Both the position numbers and the translations under genes were made by a program. The notes under the pieces were generated by a model. That model was not told where the DNA came from and did not search any database. It was given only the letters and a program-made list of their open reading frames with translations. This document shows, one piece after another, positions 50,305 through 64,000 of a stretch of 64,000 nucleotides of DNA. Position 1 is the stretch's first letter. Each line of letters opens with the position of its first letter. Source of the DNA: Eledone cirrhosa. Taxonomy: Eukaryota. The stretch is taken from positions 26,102,001 through 26,166,000 of the forward strand of contig OZ024759.1 in the NCBI GenBank assembly GCA_964016885.1. The letters are read 5' to 3'.

Positions 50305-50546
50305 ATATATATATATATATATGCTGACATATACATACGGAACTTAGATGAATGGAAGTAAATACACTTGCGTAAACACGTCAAGACTGTTAGCATATAC
50401 CTCTATTTAAAATGCAATATAGACAGGTATATATATATATATATATATAAACATACACATACATATATGCACACACATATATCTATATCTATATATCTGT
50501 ATACATACATATATATATTTTATATATATATATACGTATATACATA

Positions 50547-50584
<38 letters not shown>

Positions 50585-50638
50585 CATATATATACCCATA
50601 TATATATATATATGGGTATACATATGTATATGTATATT

Positions 50639-50672
<34 letters not shown>

Positions 50673-51123
50673 TTGTATAATTCCAACCGCGGCGTCAAGC
50701 GGTTTCGGTGAGTGTATGTATTATGTCTTCACTGTTCAATCTCCCATTTTTTTCTTTATCTCTCATGATGTCGATCTATCCGTGGTGAACAGGTAACATA
50801 TAAACGCGTATTTAACCAGCTAGATATAATAGCTCAAATCTCTCATTCATACGATATGCTGCACTAGTGAAACTGGTAAAGAAATATCGATCGCAAGTAG
50901 CCAGACATCGATAGGGCATGACGATTAAAGATGTGATGATTAAGACTTGGGAAAAAAGACCACCACAGGTCTTTTGGATCACGGTGGAAGACATGACGGA
51001 TTACCAACAACGGCATCTAGTGCAAATATGGTGTTTTTGTAACCAAAAAGAGAATATATATAATATATAATTTCTTTCACTGGGCATGAGAATGAGGAAG
51101 TGTATAATGTAATCCCTATATGG

Positions 51124-51319
51124 ACAGCTTGTCCCCCTAAAATGTATACACACTTTGATTACCAGCACAGGCAATATTTATTAGATTGCACAACCTTTTC
51201 CAAAATAAAATGATCTACAGACATAATTCAATTGTATATAAAGACCGAAAAATGTTTACATAATTTTCATGTATTTTTTAAAGATTTGAAGTTTGCATAC
51301 ATTTTTGGGGACACGCTGT
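51124..51319. mobile_element. Tc1/mariner-type MITE (~195 bp)
   Basis: Left end acagcttgtccccctaaaatgtatacacactttga; reverse complement of the right end acagcgtgtccccaaaaatgtatgcaaacttcaa. These form an imperfect ~34-bp TIR. The TA target duplication has decayed. Confidence 0.7.
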
Positions 51320-51430
51320 GTTTGTGAATATATGTGTGTATATATATATGTGTGTGTATATATATAAAAATGTGTATATGCGTGTGTGTATGTATATGCG
51401 TGTGTGTATATATATGTGTGTGTGTATATA

Positions 51431-51475
<45 letters not shown>

Positions 51476-51684
51476 ATGTGTGTATATATATATGTATATA
51501 TATATATATACATATACACATACATATATGTATACACGTACATATAGGTATATATGTGCATCTCTTTGTAAATGGCATTCGTATTCTCAACTGCTCATAA
51601 TCAGAAAAATTTTGAAGTCTATTTTTATGTGATAGTGAGGAATTGCTTATATCCACACATACACACACATATACACGACATTTT

Positions 51685-51777
<93 letters not shown>

Positions 51778-52085
51778 CTATAAATGTCGTACACAGACTG
51801 CTCTTCGTGTATATATATATATATATGCATACACATACATGCAAACATTCATACACACACACACAAACACACACATATATATATATTTATATATATTTAT
51901 ATATATATATATGTATATATACACACATACAGATATATATATTCATATATATATGTATGCATACATACGTACATATATATATATATTAATATATATAATA
52001 TATATATGCGTACATATATGTATACATACATATATTTATATTTATATATATATATGCATACATATATTTATATTATATTTATATA

Positions 52086-52136
<51 letters not shown>

Positions 52137-52309
52137 ATATATATATATACACTGTGTGTGTGTGTTCTAAGACGTTCACATATCTGCAACAATAGCAATC
52201 GGATTAGCCTTGCTATATCTCTGGAAAAACTACCAGAGATAAATAAACGAACAATATAAAAAAATACCTTTAAAATATTTATAGCAAAAAATAGACTAAA
52301 ATACTATAA

Positions 52310-52351
<42 letters not shown>

Positions 52352-52483
52352 TTACTTCTACCTCTCTCTCTATATATATATACATACACATATATACACA
52401 TATATGTGTATGTATATATATACACACGCACACACACATATATATATATATGTGTGTCTGTGTATAATGAAAAAAGCCTAAGT

Positions 52484-52539
<56 letters not shown>

Positions 52540-52725
52540 AAGAGACTTTGCAAAATACCTGAGTATATATATAGACAAAGAAAATATATTAAAAAAATGT
52601 ATTTAAATATAGAAAAATACATCAGGAAATCAATCAAAACTTATCAAAGCAATGAAAGAATTGAACGAACGATGCATGGATATGTACGTGTATATATGTC
52701 TGTGTTAATATACATATATATCTGG

Positions 52726-52773
<48 letters not shown>

Positions 52774-52824
52774 ATGTATATATATATATGTGTGTGTGTG
52801 TATGAATATGTATGTATGTATATA

Positions 52825-52899
52825 CAAGGTGTCTCAAAATATGTATACATAGTTTGGTTAGAATGTTGTTGAAGTCTGAATGCATTTTGGGGGACGCTG
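52825..52899. mobile_element. Minimal related MITE (~75 bp) flanked by TA
   Basis: TA-caaggtgtctcaaaatatgtatac...gcattttgggggacgctg-TA; both ends resemble the 51124 element's TIR. Confidence 0.6.
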
Positions 52900-53027
52900 T
52901 ATATATATATATATATATGTGTGTGTATGTGTGTGTGTCTAATGCTCCACTATCTATACCCCATATCTTTGTATAGTCAGACATATATTTATATGCATAT
53001 TTATCTAACTATCTATCGGTCTATATG

Positions 53028-53066
<39 letters not shown>

Positions 53067-53247
53067 ATGCGTGTGTGTGCGTGCGTGTCTGTACATGTGT
53101 GCATGATTGTGGCTTTCGATACACATAGATTGACATTTTTTCATTCACACACTCATAAAATATCGTAATATTTATGTCGAAATCCCATTTTATCAATCAA
53201 ACAATGGCTCGCTAACACATTTCAACACAGGTATACACACGCACACA

Positions 53248-53304
<57 letters not shown>

Positions 53305-54006
53305 GTCCATATATAAATGTACATACACACAAAAAAGAAAAAATCATTTTGATATCTAGCTACAAAGATCGAGTGATATATATATATACAAACATAGTAC
53401 CCGTAATGACTGAAGAGTTTATGGTATAAAATATTAAATTAAATCTTTTCTTGATTAGTACATGTTTTGTAAAGATGCTTGAATATTTGGCTTTACTTGA
53501 TGTTCTTATTCTTGCCACTCTGGACTCAACGGTATTTCATTTAAATAATTTCATTCCATATCTAATAATTATTTAACATATATAGACTATTTTTTTTCTT
53601 TTCTCGTTTGGTAATTTAGATTGTTAAATTAATTGTTAAATTTAGATTGTTAAATTAAGTTAATTCAAACATTGAATATATATAAGCTAAGACAAACAGT
53701 ATTCACTAGACAAAGTTACATTGATTATTGAAGTGTCTTTTGTGGTGATGACAACGAAAAAGTGAGAGAAAGGCAAGGGCTTTAGTGTCACAGAAGAATG
53801 GGGAGGGGTCTGTGGTCACTGGCGCGGCGGTACTGATGAATTTGTTGCATCAATCTATCTATATATCTATCCATTGATCTTCCTTTATAAATCTGTCTTT
53901 TTTTACTGTTATTGATGTTTGAATTTTTTCTTTTTTTGTTCTTGTCCAAAAATGAATATACCTGTCAAGATGGCAGATGGAGTGGTGGGTGGATAGATAG
54001 ATAGAT

Positions 54007-54039
<33 letters not shown>

Positions 54040-54714
54040 GAGGGACATTGAGAGGTGTATACAGAGATAGATAAACAATTATCTATATAGACAGATAGAC
54101 ACACAAACAGATAGCTAGACAGTCTAATAGACAGACGAAGTGGTACGACGGATGTCGTTGCTTTTTTTTTCATAAGATAGATGAATAGCTAAATATACTA
54201 TGGTGTGGCCATTGAACTGCTTGTCAACACTCTAGGACCGAGGGATCTAGTTAGGGAAGAAGATATCAATTTTAATTTCCCTGTCAAAGTTATATGTGTA
54301 TATACATATATATATATATTGGAAAGTGTGTGAGATCCTTGGTACAGTTAGGTATATTTGAAAAAAGGAAAATAATGACTTCACTTGTAGTGTTAAAAAA
54401 TGTTTTGATTTAATTTTATAATATTATAATATTATGAGTTGGTAACATATATATATATAATGTGTGTGTATAACTAAGTAGTATATTTAAACCATATTCA
54501 CTTAATATCACGTTTATATACGCATATACACTCGGATACACAGTCACACATACTGGGACACATGAGGATAGGCTTATATATATATAGTCTATTACTAACA
54601 CACTTGCCCTTCCACAGTATAATCCTAGTGTTTTTAACCTTAACCTTATAGATAGTACTACCACATACATAATACGTTCTTCACTAAGTACAATATACAC
54701 ATACACACACAAAG

Positions 54715-54793
<79 letters not shown>

Positions 54794-54879
54794 TATCTGA
54801 ATATACTTACATATTTACATATATATTTATACATCTATATATACATAACATACATACAGAGCTAACCCAACTTAATATT

Positions 54880-54936
<57 letters not shown>

Positions 54937-55701
54937 GTGTGTGTAGCTATATATATATATACATACTTATATAGATTCATAGTTACATATATATATATAT
55001 ATACATACAGACAGACATAGATATAATACATAGATACATAACTAACCCATCTTAACATCGAAGATATCTCTCTCTATCAATATTCTATATTTAATACAAA
55101 TCCAAATCATTTAATCTCATCCTAAAGCTGAAATAGTTCAAGAAAACAAATACTCTTCATCTTTCTACACATCAACCCCCGTACAGCAGTCCCTCATCCC
55201 CATACAGTTCTCCATTATAACCCACCAACCCTGTCCTCTTAGCCAGCCACTCACTCCCACAACACCTTACCGCACCCTCCAACCATATCTATCTGTTTCC
55301 TTTTCGTTTTTGTCATTCCTCGCTGTTTCTTGTTCTCTTTATTGCTATATTATCTGGTTTCAACTACCACAGACATCAACTATGTTTTACACCCTCCCGA
55401 GGACAGTGAATTATGTACCAGCAAACTACTCGGGCCGGTATAATGGTCTTTCCACTTTCTCCAAATTGCTAGCATTTTGCCTTAATTAAATACTAGTAGT
55501 AGTAGTTGTAGTAGTAGTTAGTTACTTTAGCGTTATCAAGTGTAATATCTTTGTTCGTCATATAGCTCTCTAACTTTCTATCCATCTGTAGGTCTGTCTG
55601 TCTGTCTCTTTCTCTCTCTTTTTATATATATATGTGTGTTTATATATATATACATTCATATAAATATATGGATATGTATGTATACGCACACACATACATT
55701 A

Positions 55702-55742
<41 letters not shown>

Positions 55743-56174
55743 CATTGTATGTGTATCTCTGTAGATGTAGGTATATAGATACCTAATCACCTTTTGCCTC
55801 TAATTCTTCTTTTGCCCCACTTGGTTACCTATGTTTCTGTCATATTCAATTATTTCCTTTGACATTCGCAAGAAGTTAAAGCAAAGCAGACAGTCATACA
55901 GTTCCTTACCACACACAAGCGTCTCTACGTACGCAAGAATGCCCCCATACTCACACACATACCCCCCCCCCCACTCACACACAAACATATATATATAAAT
56001 ATATATATAAATAAATAAATATATATATATATATATAATATGCAAGTATGCCCCTTTCCTACACACAATGCATGTGTACGTGTGTGTAAATATGCCCCTT
56101 CATTAAATATATTATACCTATATATATAGAGAGAGAGAGAGAAAGGGAGAGAGGGAGAGAGAGAGGGAGGAAAA

Positions 56175-56310
56175 GCGTCAGAAGCCTGACAGCTGAGCTC
56201 CGGCCGCTTCGAGAGTTAGATCCGAAATATTACCCACTCTTCTCCCTTAAGTATCGAGTACTCAGGTCCGTTATGGTCCACCTGGTTTCTTGCCTCACTT
56301 TCTTTGGTAA
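56175..56310 (+). mobile_element. Diverged family B element ending at (TA)-rich sequence
   Basis: tgagctccggccg..cccactcttctcccttaagtatcgagtactcaggtccgttatggtccacctgg. Confidence 0.7.
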
Positions 56311-56330
56311 TATATATGGCATGAATATAC

Positions 56331-56397
<67 letters not shown>

Positions 56398-56398
<1 letters not shown>

Positions 56399-56757
56399 TT
56401 AGCATAAATATATATATATATATATATATAGCATAAATATATATATATATATATATAGCATAAATATATATATATATATAGCATAAATATATATATATAT
56501 ATAGCATAAATATATATATATATATATAGCATAAATATATATATATATATAGCATAAATATATATATATATATAGCATAAATATATATATATATATATAG
56601 CATAAATATATATATATATATAGCATAAATATATATATATATATATAGCATAAATATATTATATATATATATATAGCATAAATATATTATATATATATAT
56701 ATATATATATAGCATAAATATATAATATATATATATACATTATATATATATATATAC

Positions 56758-56795
<38 letters not shown>

Positions 56796-56818
56796 AAATA
56801 TATTATATATATATATAC

Positions 56819-56890
<72 letters not shown>

Positions 56891-57120
56891 TATAGTATAT
56901 ATATAATATATATATATATAGCATAAATATATATATATGTGAGTGTATGTATAGCATAAATACATTATATATATATATGTGAGTGTATGTATAGCATAAA
57001 TATATTATATATATATATGTGAGTGTATGTATAGCATAAATATATTATATATATATAATAGAGAGAGAGAGAGCATAAATATATATAGCATAAATATATC
57101 ATTTATATATATATAGCATA
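56398..57120. repeat. (TA)n-GCATAAA minisatellite
   Basis: Recurrent tagcataaatatata. Confidence 0.95.
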
Positions 57121-57239
57121 CACGTAACATGTAATGTGCTACCTTAGATTTGGGGGTGCATTTATGGCCACCACTGTACAGTGCAGGATCCTCTTCAAAA
57201 GTGTCCGCTCATCAGGCACGCAATGATATTAGTTAATGG

Positions 57240-57390
57240 TTTATGCACAAGGCCAACAATTTTATGGGAGCAGAAAATCGATTCGATCGACCTCATTGCG
57301 ATACTGGTACTTTATTTTATCGATGCTGTAACAATGAAAGGCAAAGCTAACATCAGTAGAAATTGAACTCAGAATGTAAAGATCCGTAAT
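57240..57390 (-). mobile_element. SINE family A, degenerate
   Basis: gcacaaggccaacaattt..actggtactttattttatcga..atgaaaggcaaag..ttgaactcag. Confidence 0.8.
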
Positions 57391-57431
57391 ACTATAACAT
57401 CAAAGTGCACCACTTTAGTGAAGTAGTTTGT

Positions 57432-57581
57432 TATATCGACCCCAGTATTTGACTGGTATTTTATTTCACTGAAAATCCAATAGTGAGGCTATATATATAT
57501 ATTTATGCTATATATATATATACATTTATGCTATATATGATATATTTATGCTATATTTATGCTATATATGATATATTTATG

Positions 57582-57625
<44 letters not shown>

Positions 57626-57778
57626 GCTATATATATATATATATATATATATTTATGCTATATATATATTTATGCTATATATATATATATTTGAACCCAG
57701 TGAGGATTGAACTCAATACCTAAAGGTCTTTAACTAAATGTCGCCAAGAATTTTGTTGGACGCTCTCCCGATTCTACC
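57432..57778 (-). mobile_element. SINE family A copy interrupted by an inverted minisatellite block (57489-57690)
   Basis: atcgaccccagtatttgactggt lies to the left of the block and ttgaactc..ggacgctctcccgat to the right. Confidence 0.6.
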
Positions 57779-57904
57779 ACTGCAATTACGTTACAGAACC
57801 ACTATTGGAATAAAAATAAAATTACTGACTACAATTACATGAACAGCAAATATCAGATTGATTATTATAAAATATTTTTCAATTCATATATTTTGAGATA
57901 ACAA

Positions 57905-58410
57905 CATTGGTAGTGATGACGGTGATGACTGCTGTTTTGATGATGGTGATGGTTGTGATGGTGAGGGCGATGGTGATGGTGATGGTGGTGATGACGGTGA
58001 TGATGACTGTTTTGAGATGTTGATGGTGATGATGGTGATGGTGATGTTGGTGGTGATGACCGTGATGATGACTGTTTTGATGATGGTGATGTTGATGATG
58101 TTGGTGGTGATGACCTTTTTGATGATGACTATTTTGATGATGATGATGATGATGATAATGGTGGCGGTGATGACGGTAATGGTGATTGTTTTGATGGTTG
58201 TGATGATGATTATGTTGATGGCGGTGACGATGAAGATCATGATCATGGTGATGACTGATGATGATGGTGGTGGTGATGATTATGATGATCTTGAGCATAC
58301 TTGTGATAACTATGATGATTTTGATGATGACTGTGATGATGATACTACTTCTACTACTACTAATATTAATAATAATAATAGTAATAATAATAATAATGAT
58401 AACAACAACA
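57905..58410. repeat. (GAT/GGT)n then (AAT)n degenerate microsatellite
   Basis: Trinucleotide repeats. Confidence 0.9.
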
Positions 58411-59832
58411 AAAATACAGTTTTATGATGATTCGATGAAAACATGTTTTGCACCAAATCTGATAATTAAGCATCAAGTTGGAAACATAAATAACAAATAA
58501 ATCAATATATAAAAAAAATAAAAACAGAAAAAAGAAAATGTCCGCCCATTATTCACTCTAGCGGTTCTAAAGGACACTCTATGCATATCAGGAAAATATC
58601 ACATTCATATTTTTCACTACATATCACACACTTCAACTCCTCTATTCCACGTCGCACCACACTATTTTGCCCCACACCACATCACACCACACCACACCAC
58701 ACCACACCACATCACACCACACCACACCACACCACACTACACTACAACTAAACAAGCCACACTACATTACAACAAAACATGCCACACCACACTACAACAA
58801 AACACACCGCACAGCACAACACAACATACCACACCGTAGCGTATCATATCAAATCGTATTATGCCATGTCACACTTCACCACACACAAAGACACACAAAC
58901 ATAAACAAGCCTAGAAAAACTCACACTTAAACACCGACTTTCCTCCACAAAGGCAGAAACACACAAATAACACCCTTAAATTATATGTCACTACACACCA
59001 ACATACTCAACCACAACATAAGCTATTACACTTCACTGTATGACATCAGACCACGCCATACCTCAACATATACTACAACAAAGCAGAACACAACATGACA
59101 TAATAAACAACTGAACATCGAATCGTAACACAGTCCGTCCTATTTCTACAACCATACACTAGGTTACACTTTTACCATCAACGTATTGTGTCACACACAC
59201 AACACGACACACAATACTCAGTATGACACAACACACTAGGCTCTGCATTGCACTGCAACCCCCCACCACCTACAATAGTACCTCGTACTGCACTAAGCAA
59301 GATCATACTCCCACATGCAAAGAGACATTACTCCACATCACATAACACTTTACACGACTTTACACCACCCAAAAAACGTGCCGCACTATGCAATGCCACA
59401 CCACGCAACACCATAACATATGCTGACACAGCGAATCTCAGTTAGGGAGACACAGGGATAGATATATAGATAGAGAACGGGGAATTTTGAGAGGATTGGA
59501 GAGAGAAGGTGAATGAGCGAAACAGGTGAGAGGAGACTATATATGTATATATATAAGTGTATATATATGTAGTGTGTGTGTAGAGAGAGAGATTGAGAGA
59601 GAAAGAGAGGAACACAAAGAAAAAAATGAAATAGAGAACGGGCAGAGAGAGAGAGAATTATTTGGCTACACGGAAGTTCGACGCAGGAATATTAAAACAA
59701 AACAAAACAAAACAAATCGAATGAAAACGAAACGAATCGAAACGAAACGAAAAAGGGGAAAATATAAAATAAAAATATAAATTATATATGAATGAAAATA
59801 TAATATAAAAATAATAAGGGGGAGAGCAAAAC

Positions 59833-59942
59833 AAAATGGCTGACGTATCGGTCGTTCGTTAGTCGCTTAGTTGATCAGTTTGGCCATCAAATTCACTCAA
59901 GCTAGCGAAAAAAATTGTGTTTCGAATCAACCGAGCGACAGC
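59833..59942 (+). promoter_or_regulatory. Candidate core-promoter-like island
   Basis: AAAATGGC (YY1-like), TGACGT (CRE half-site), TCAGTT (Inr-like) at 59875, and 9 CpG in ~100 bp against a CpG-poor background. Confidence 0.3.
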
Positions 59943-60619
59943 TTTTTTTGGCCTTTTTTTCGTTTGTTTATTTGCTTTTTGTTTTTCTTCTTGTTGTTCT
60001 GTGTATAGCACTGGAGCAATAAGTAACCTTCATATTACCGAGCACAATTAGGATTTCAAAACCTCTGCGAAAATTATATAGCTTCCATTTTGTTTTCATT
60101 TTATTTTATTTTATTCGTTTCTTCATATGTATATTTTTTATACCATGTTTTAATGTATTTTGTTTCTGTTGCTGCTGCTATTGTTGCTATTGATGATGAT
60201 GTTGTAGTTGTTGTAGTTCTTGTTGTTGTTATTTCATTTAATGAATATATTTTAATACTTTTCTATTTGCTCCTTTTGGTCTGTTTTTTTCTTTCTCTGT
60301 CTCTCTCGTTTTGTTGTAGCCGTTGGTTGTTATTGTTGTTGTTGTTGTTGATATTCTTATTGTTGCTGCTGTCATTGTTGTTGTTGTTGCTTCTGTTGTT
60401 GATATTCTTGTTTTTGTTGCTATTGATATTGCTGTCATTGTTGTTGTTGCTTTAACTCCATATTATCTGTTTGTTCCATGATTGGTTTGTTGCGTTGTTT
60501 TTGTTATTGTTGTTGTTGTCGTCAACGTCGTTGTCGCTGTAGTTGTTGATGTTGTTGTTGTTGTTGATAATGATTATGACGATGGTGATGTTGTTATGTT
60601 GTTATTTCCTCGTTAGAAA

Positions 60620-60820
60620 GAAACACTCGTTCGTATATACCTCACATGCATATATACACATATAAAAACACTCGTTCGTATATACCTCACATGCATATAT
60701 ACACATATAAAAACACTCGTTCGTATATGCCTCACATGCATATATACACATATAAAACACTCTTCCATATATATACATATATAGAAAAACTCGTTCATAT
60801 ATAATTCACATGCATATATA
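60620..60820. repeat. ~44-bp tandem repeat x3 plus degenerate copies
   Basis: aaacactcgttcgtatatacctcacatgcatatatacacatata. Confidence 0.9.
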
Positions 60821-61571
60821 CATTTGCAAACATGCGCATGTACGTGCCACCTCCTTACATTATATATATATGTGTGTGTGTGCGCGTGTGTGTGTGTGCT
60901 TAAGCACACACTCACGTGTATCTATACATCAATATGAGTAACAATTGCAGGTATAACAAAAATATCAAAATGAAATGATTATGATGATGGCTATGGTTCT
61001 AATGATAATGATGGTGGTGGTGGTGGTGGTGGTGGTGGTTAGCGTAATATTGGTGATGATGAGAAAGCTAATGAACATGGTGGTGGTTATGATGGTGCTA
61101 AGAATTTTAACGATGTTTTAACATCACAACAACAACCAACATCAATACCAACACTAACAACAGCAGCAATACCACAATCACTTCCACCAACCTAACACAC
61201 ACCAATGCACTTACCATCTCTACATTTCAAATTGATAAGAGGACATTTTATGTTATCATTCCATCTGCAAGATATAGTTGCGAAATCTAATTCAAATCAC
61301 ATCTTAGCATCCTAGAAACTTACATTGTATAGCGCAGTCCTGGTTTCACCATTCCTAAATGAATATAAGACAGTGTGGTCATGGCTTCTAGATCAGTGCT
61401 GACTTTGGGAAAAACAATAACAGCAATAATAGTCACACACACAAAAAGCAAATAATATTTTAGTAGTTATATTTATGAGCGATGTTTCATATCTTTGTTC
61501 TCTGGATGTTTCTGAAAGAATTATGTTATAAAAATATTTGCTGTTTAACTGATGTAATTTATGACACTCGT

Positions 61572-61699
61572 ATCGGTAGAGCATCGGGTAACATTCTTTG
61601 GGACATATATTCACTCCCTTTACCTTCCTAGTTCAAACCCCGCCAAGGTGAGCTTTGCCTTTCATCTTTTTGGAGTCGATAAAATGAAGTACCAGTAAC
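61572..61699 (+). mobile_element. SINE family A, 3'-truncated
   Basis: atcggtagagc..agttcaaaccccgccaagg..ctttgcctttcatc..gtcgataaaatgaagtaccagt. Confidence 0.82.
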
Positions 61700-61839
61700 T
61701 CTCTTTCTCACTCTCTTTCTCCCTTCTCCTTTTCCCATATCTCACTCTCTTTCTCCTATCTCTCTCTCTTTCTCATATCTCTCTCTCTGTATTTCTCCCC
61801 CTCTCCTTTACCCTGTCTCTCCCTCTCTCTCTATATATG

Positions 61840-61898
<59 letters not shown>

Positions 61899-62188
61899 CA
61901 CCCTCTCCCTTTCTGTTTGTATGATAGTCTATATATCAGAATGTCTCTCTCCCTGCCTGTTTATATAGGTCTATCTAGCTCTCTGTCTGCCTGTCTGCCT
62001 GTCTGCCTGTCTGTCTATCTGTGTTTCTGTCTGTCTGTTTAACTCTATATATCCATCCTTCCATCTATCTATTTATCTGTCTGTCGGACTGTCTGTCTGT
62101 GTGTCTGCAAGTTTGTATATCTGTCGGTCTGTGTGTATGTCTGTCTCTCTGTATGTATGTGTCTGTCTCCTGTATCTCTGCCTTATTG

Positions 62189-62247
<59 letters not shown>

Positions 62248-63814
62248 AATACCTATAATTCTGTCTGACTCCTCAATATGGTCGAAAATGACTTTTAAAA
62301 TGGCTGACATTGCTAATTATACAAACCTTTTGTTTGTTGTTTTTATACACATTGTTATTGTTATCCTCGCTACTGTTATGGTTGTTGTTGTTGTTATTAA
62401 TGCTTTTGTTATTGTTGTTGTTGTAATCATTGTTGTTATTGACTTTGTTGTTGTTATATTAGCCACTGCTATTGTAGTCATTGCCTTTGTAGTTGTTGCT
62501 GATGATTGTGATGGTGGTGTTGGGTGTGGGAGGTGATGAAGTTAGTGATGGTGGTGATGGCGAAGGTGGTGATGGTGTTGGTGGGGATAATGAAGTCGGA
62601 GGTGGTGGTGATGAAGTTGGTGATGGTGGTGATGAGGACGTTGGCGAAGGTGGTGATGGTGGGGATAATGAAGTCGAGGGTGGCGGTGATGAGAGATTCG
62701 GGGTGGAATTCGCAATGTTGTCTATGACATCAACATATATGGTATTAAATGGTAGACACACGCAGACACTCACTCTCTCACACCCATGTAGAAGCACACA
62801 GACAGAGAATCATTCACGCACACACAGACATACACACACGCACGCACATACACAAATACATACCAACGAACATAGCCCTGTCCGCATACACAAACAAACG
62901 TAACCATACAGAAAATATGACACACACAAACACTCACACAAACTTAACCCCTCTCCACAAACACGCACATTGCCAAACCCTTCTATCCTGTCCTCTCTCT
63001 CTCTCTCCTTCGTCCACTCTCTCTCTCCCCCTCTCTCTCTCTTTCGTCCTCGCTCTCTCGTCCCATCTCTCTCGCCCTCTTTGCCCCCTCTCTCTCTCGC
63101 CTTGTCTCTCTGACCATCTCCTTCTCAACCTCTCTCTCTCTCTCCCTCTGACTGTGTGCGTAAGTGTATGTATATATGTTTCTGTTTGTAATGTTAGTGG
63201 AGAAATGTGTGTGAGAGAGAGGGGGAGAAAGTCCAGTAAGAGAAAAAGAGCGAGAAGGGAGAGAGAGTGGGTGAGACAGTGAGTGAGAAGGTTGAGAGAG
63301 AGAGAAAATAAAAGGAAGAGAGAATGAGAATGAAAAGGGGAGAGAGTGAGAATGTCGAGAGAGAAAGAGACAGAAAGGTGTGAAAGATGGGGGGGAGATG
63401 GGTGGTGGTAGGTGGTGTGTGGTGCTTAGGGTGGGGGTGGGGTGGGGGGGGGGGGTCAAGTGATGAGAGTAAGAATATTGTAATTATAGTGTTGCACATT
63501 CACTTAGCATATAATGGTGCAGCAGCAGTAGCAGTAGAACGTGTGTGGTTTAGAGAGGAGGGGGTGGAGTAGTATTAGATGTACACCTATGGTGTGTGTG
63601 TGAGGGGGTAACAATTGAATCTGCTGTTAACTGAGAGAGAGAGAGAAAGAGAGAGAGAGGGGAGGGGCGGAGGTCAACAGCCAAAGTGGTGGACTGTGAA
63701 AGTGGGAGTAAGGGTAGATAGTGAAAGTGAGAGAGAGAGAGACAAAGATTGAGAAGGGGAGCAGCAACGCAAATGGTGTAATGTGGAAGAGAGAGAAGAG
63801 TTTGTGTTTATGTT

Positions 63815-63872
<58 letters not shown>

Positions 63873-63905
63873 GTATAGACATATATGCATTCAGATAAAT
63901 AGATA

Positions 63906-63939
<34 letters not shown>

Positions 63940-64000
63940 CTTATCTATTTATCTGAATGCATATGCCTATCCATCTATTTACACACACACACACACACAC

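Noticed and set aside
50760-51010. Possible exon or LINE fragment in a higher-complexity island
   Set aside because: No convincing reading frame, motif or splice-site pair.
57160-57183. Tc1-like terminus (reverse of TA-CAGTGGTGGCCATAAAT) and palindrome cactgtacagtg
   Set aside because: No matching opposite TIR found in the window.
61215-61410. Possible internal piece of a DNA-transposon-derived repeat
   Set aside because: Only a vague resemblance from memory; no TIRs or second copy in the window.

Overview
Eukaryotic (animal) genomic DNA, extremely rich in microsatellites and repeats, with no recognisable host protein-coding exon. The SINE families and the (TA)n/(ACT)n/(TATC)n landscape resemble octopus/cephalopod genomes; this is my recollection and has not been checked by a search. 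The only real coding sequence is an uninterrupted APE-endonuclease/reverse-transcriptase ORF2 (~1035 aa, ~10356-13463, +) of a 5'-truncated CR1-group LINE lying inside a (TA)n satellite. This ORF2 has no in-frame AUG within the element before its endonuclease motifs. An upstream AUG mini-ORF carries a correctly phased A-AAA-AAC heptamer that would shift -1 into ORF2. Other content: an 8.8-kb ACT/ACC macrosatellite with a conserved ~228-bp spacer; an 8-kb (TA)n array with a ~2.0-kb higher-order period; about a dozen tRNA-derived SINE copies; two L1/Tx1-type 3' ends; Penelope-like remnants including degenerate hammerhead-like cores; two Tc1/mariner-type MITEs; several minisatellites; two long hairpins centred on (TA)n; and short unique islands with transcription-factor-like motifs. 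Nearly all other ORFs in the track are low-complexity artefacts. Coordinates were counted by eye and may be off by a few bases.
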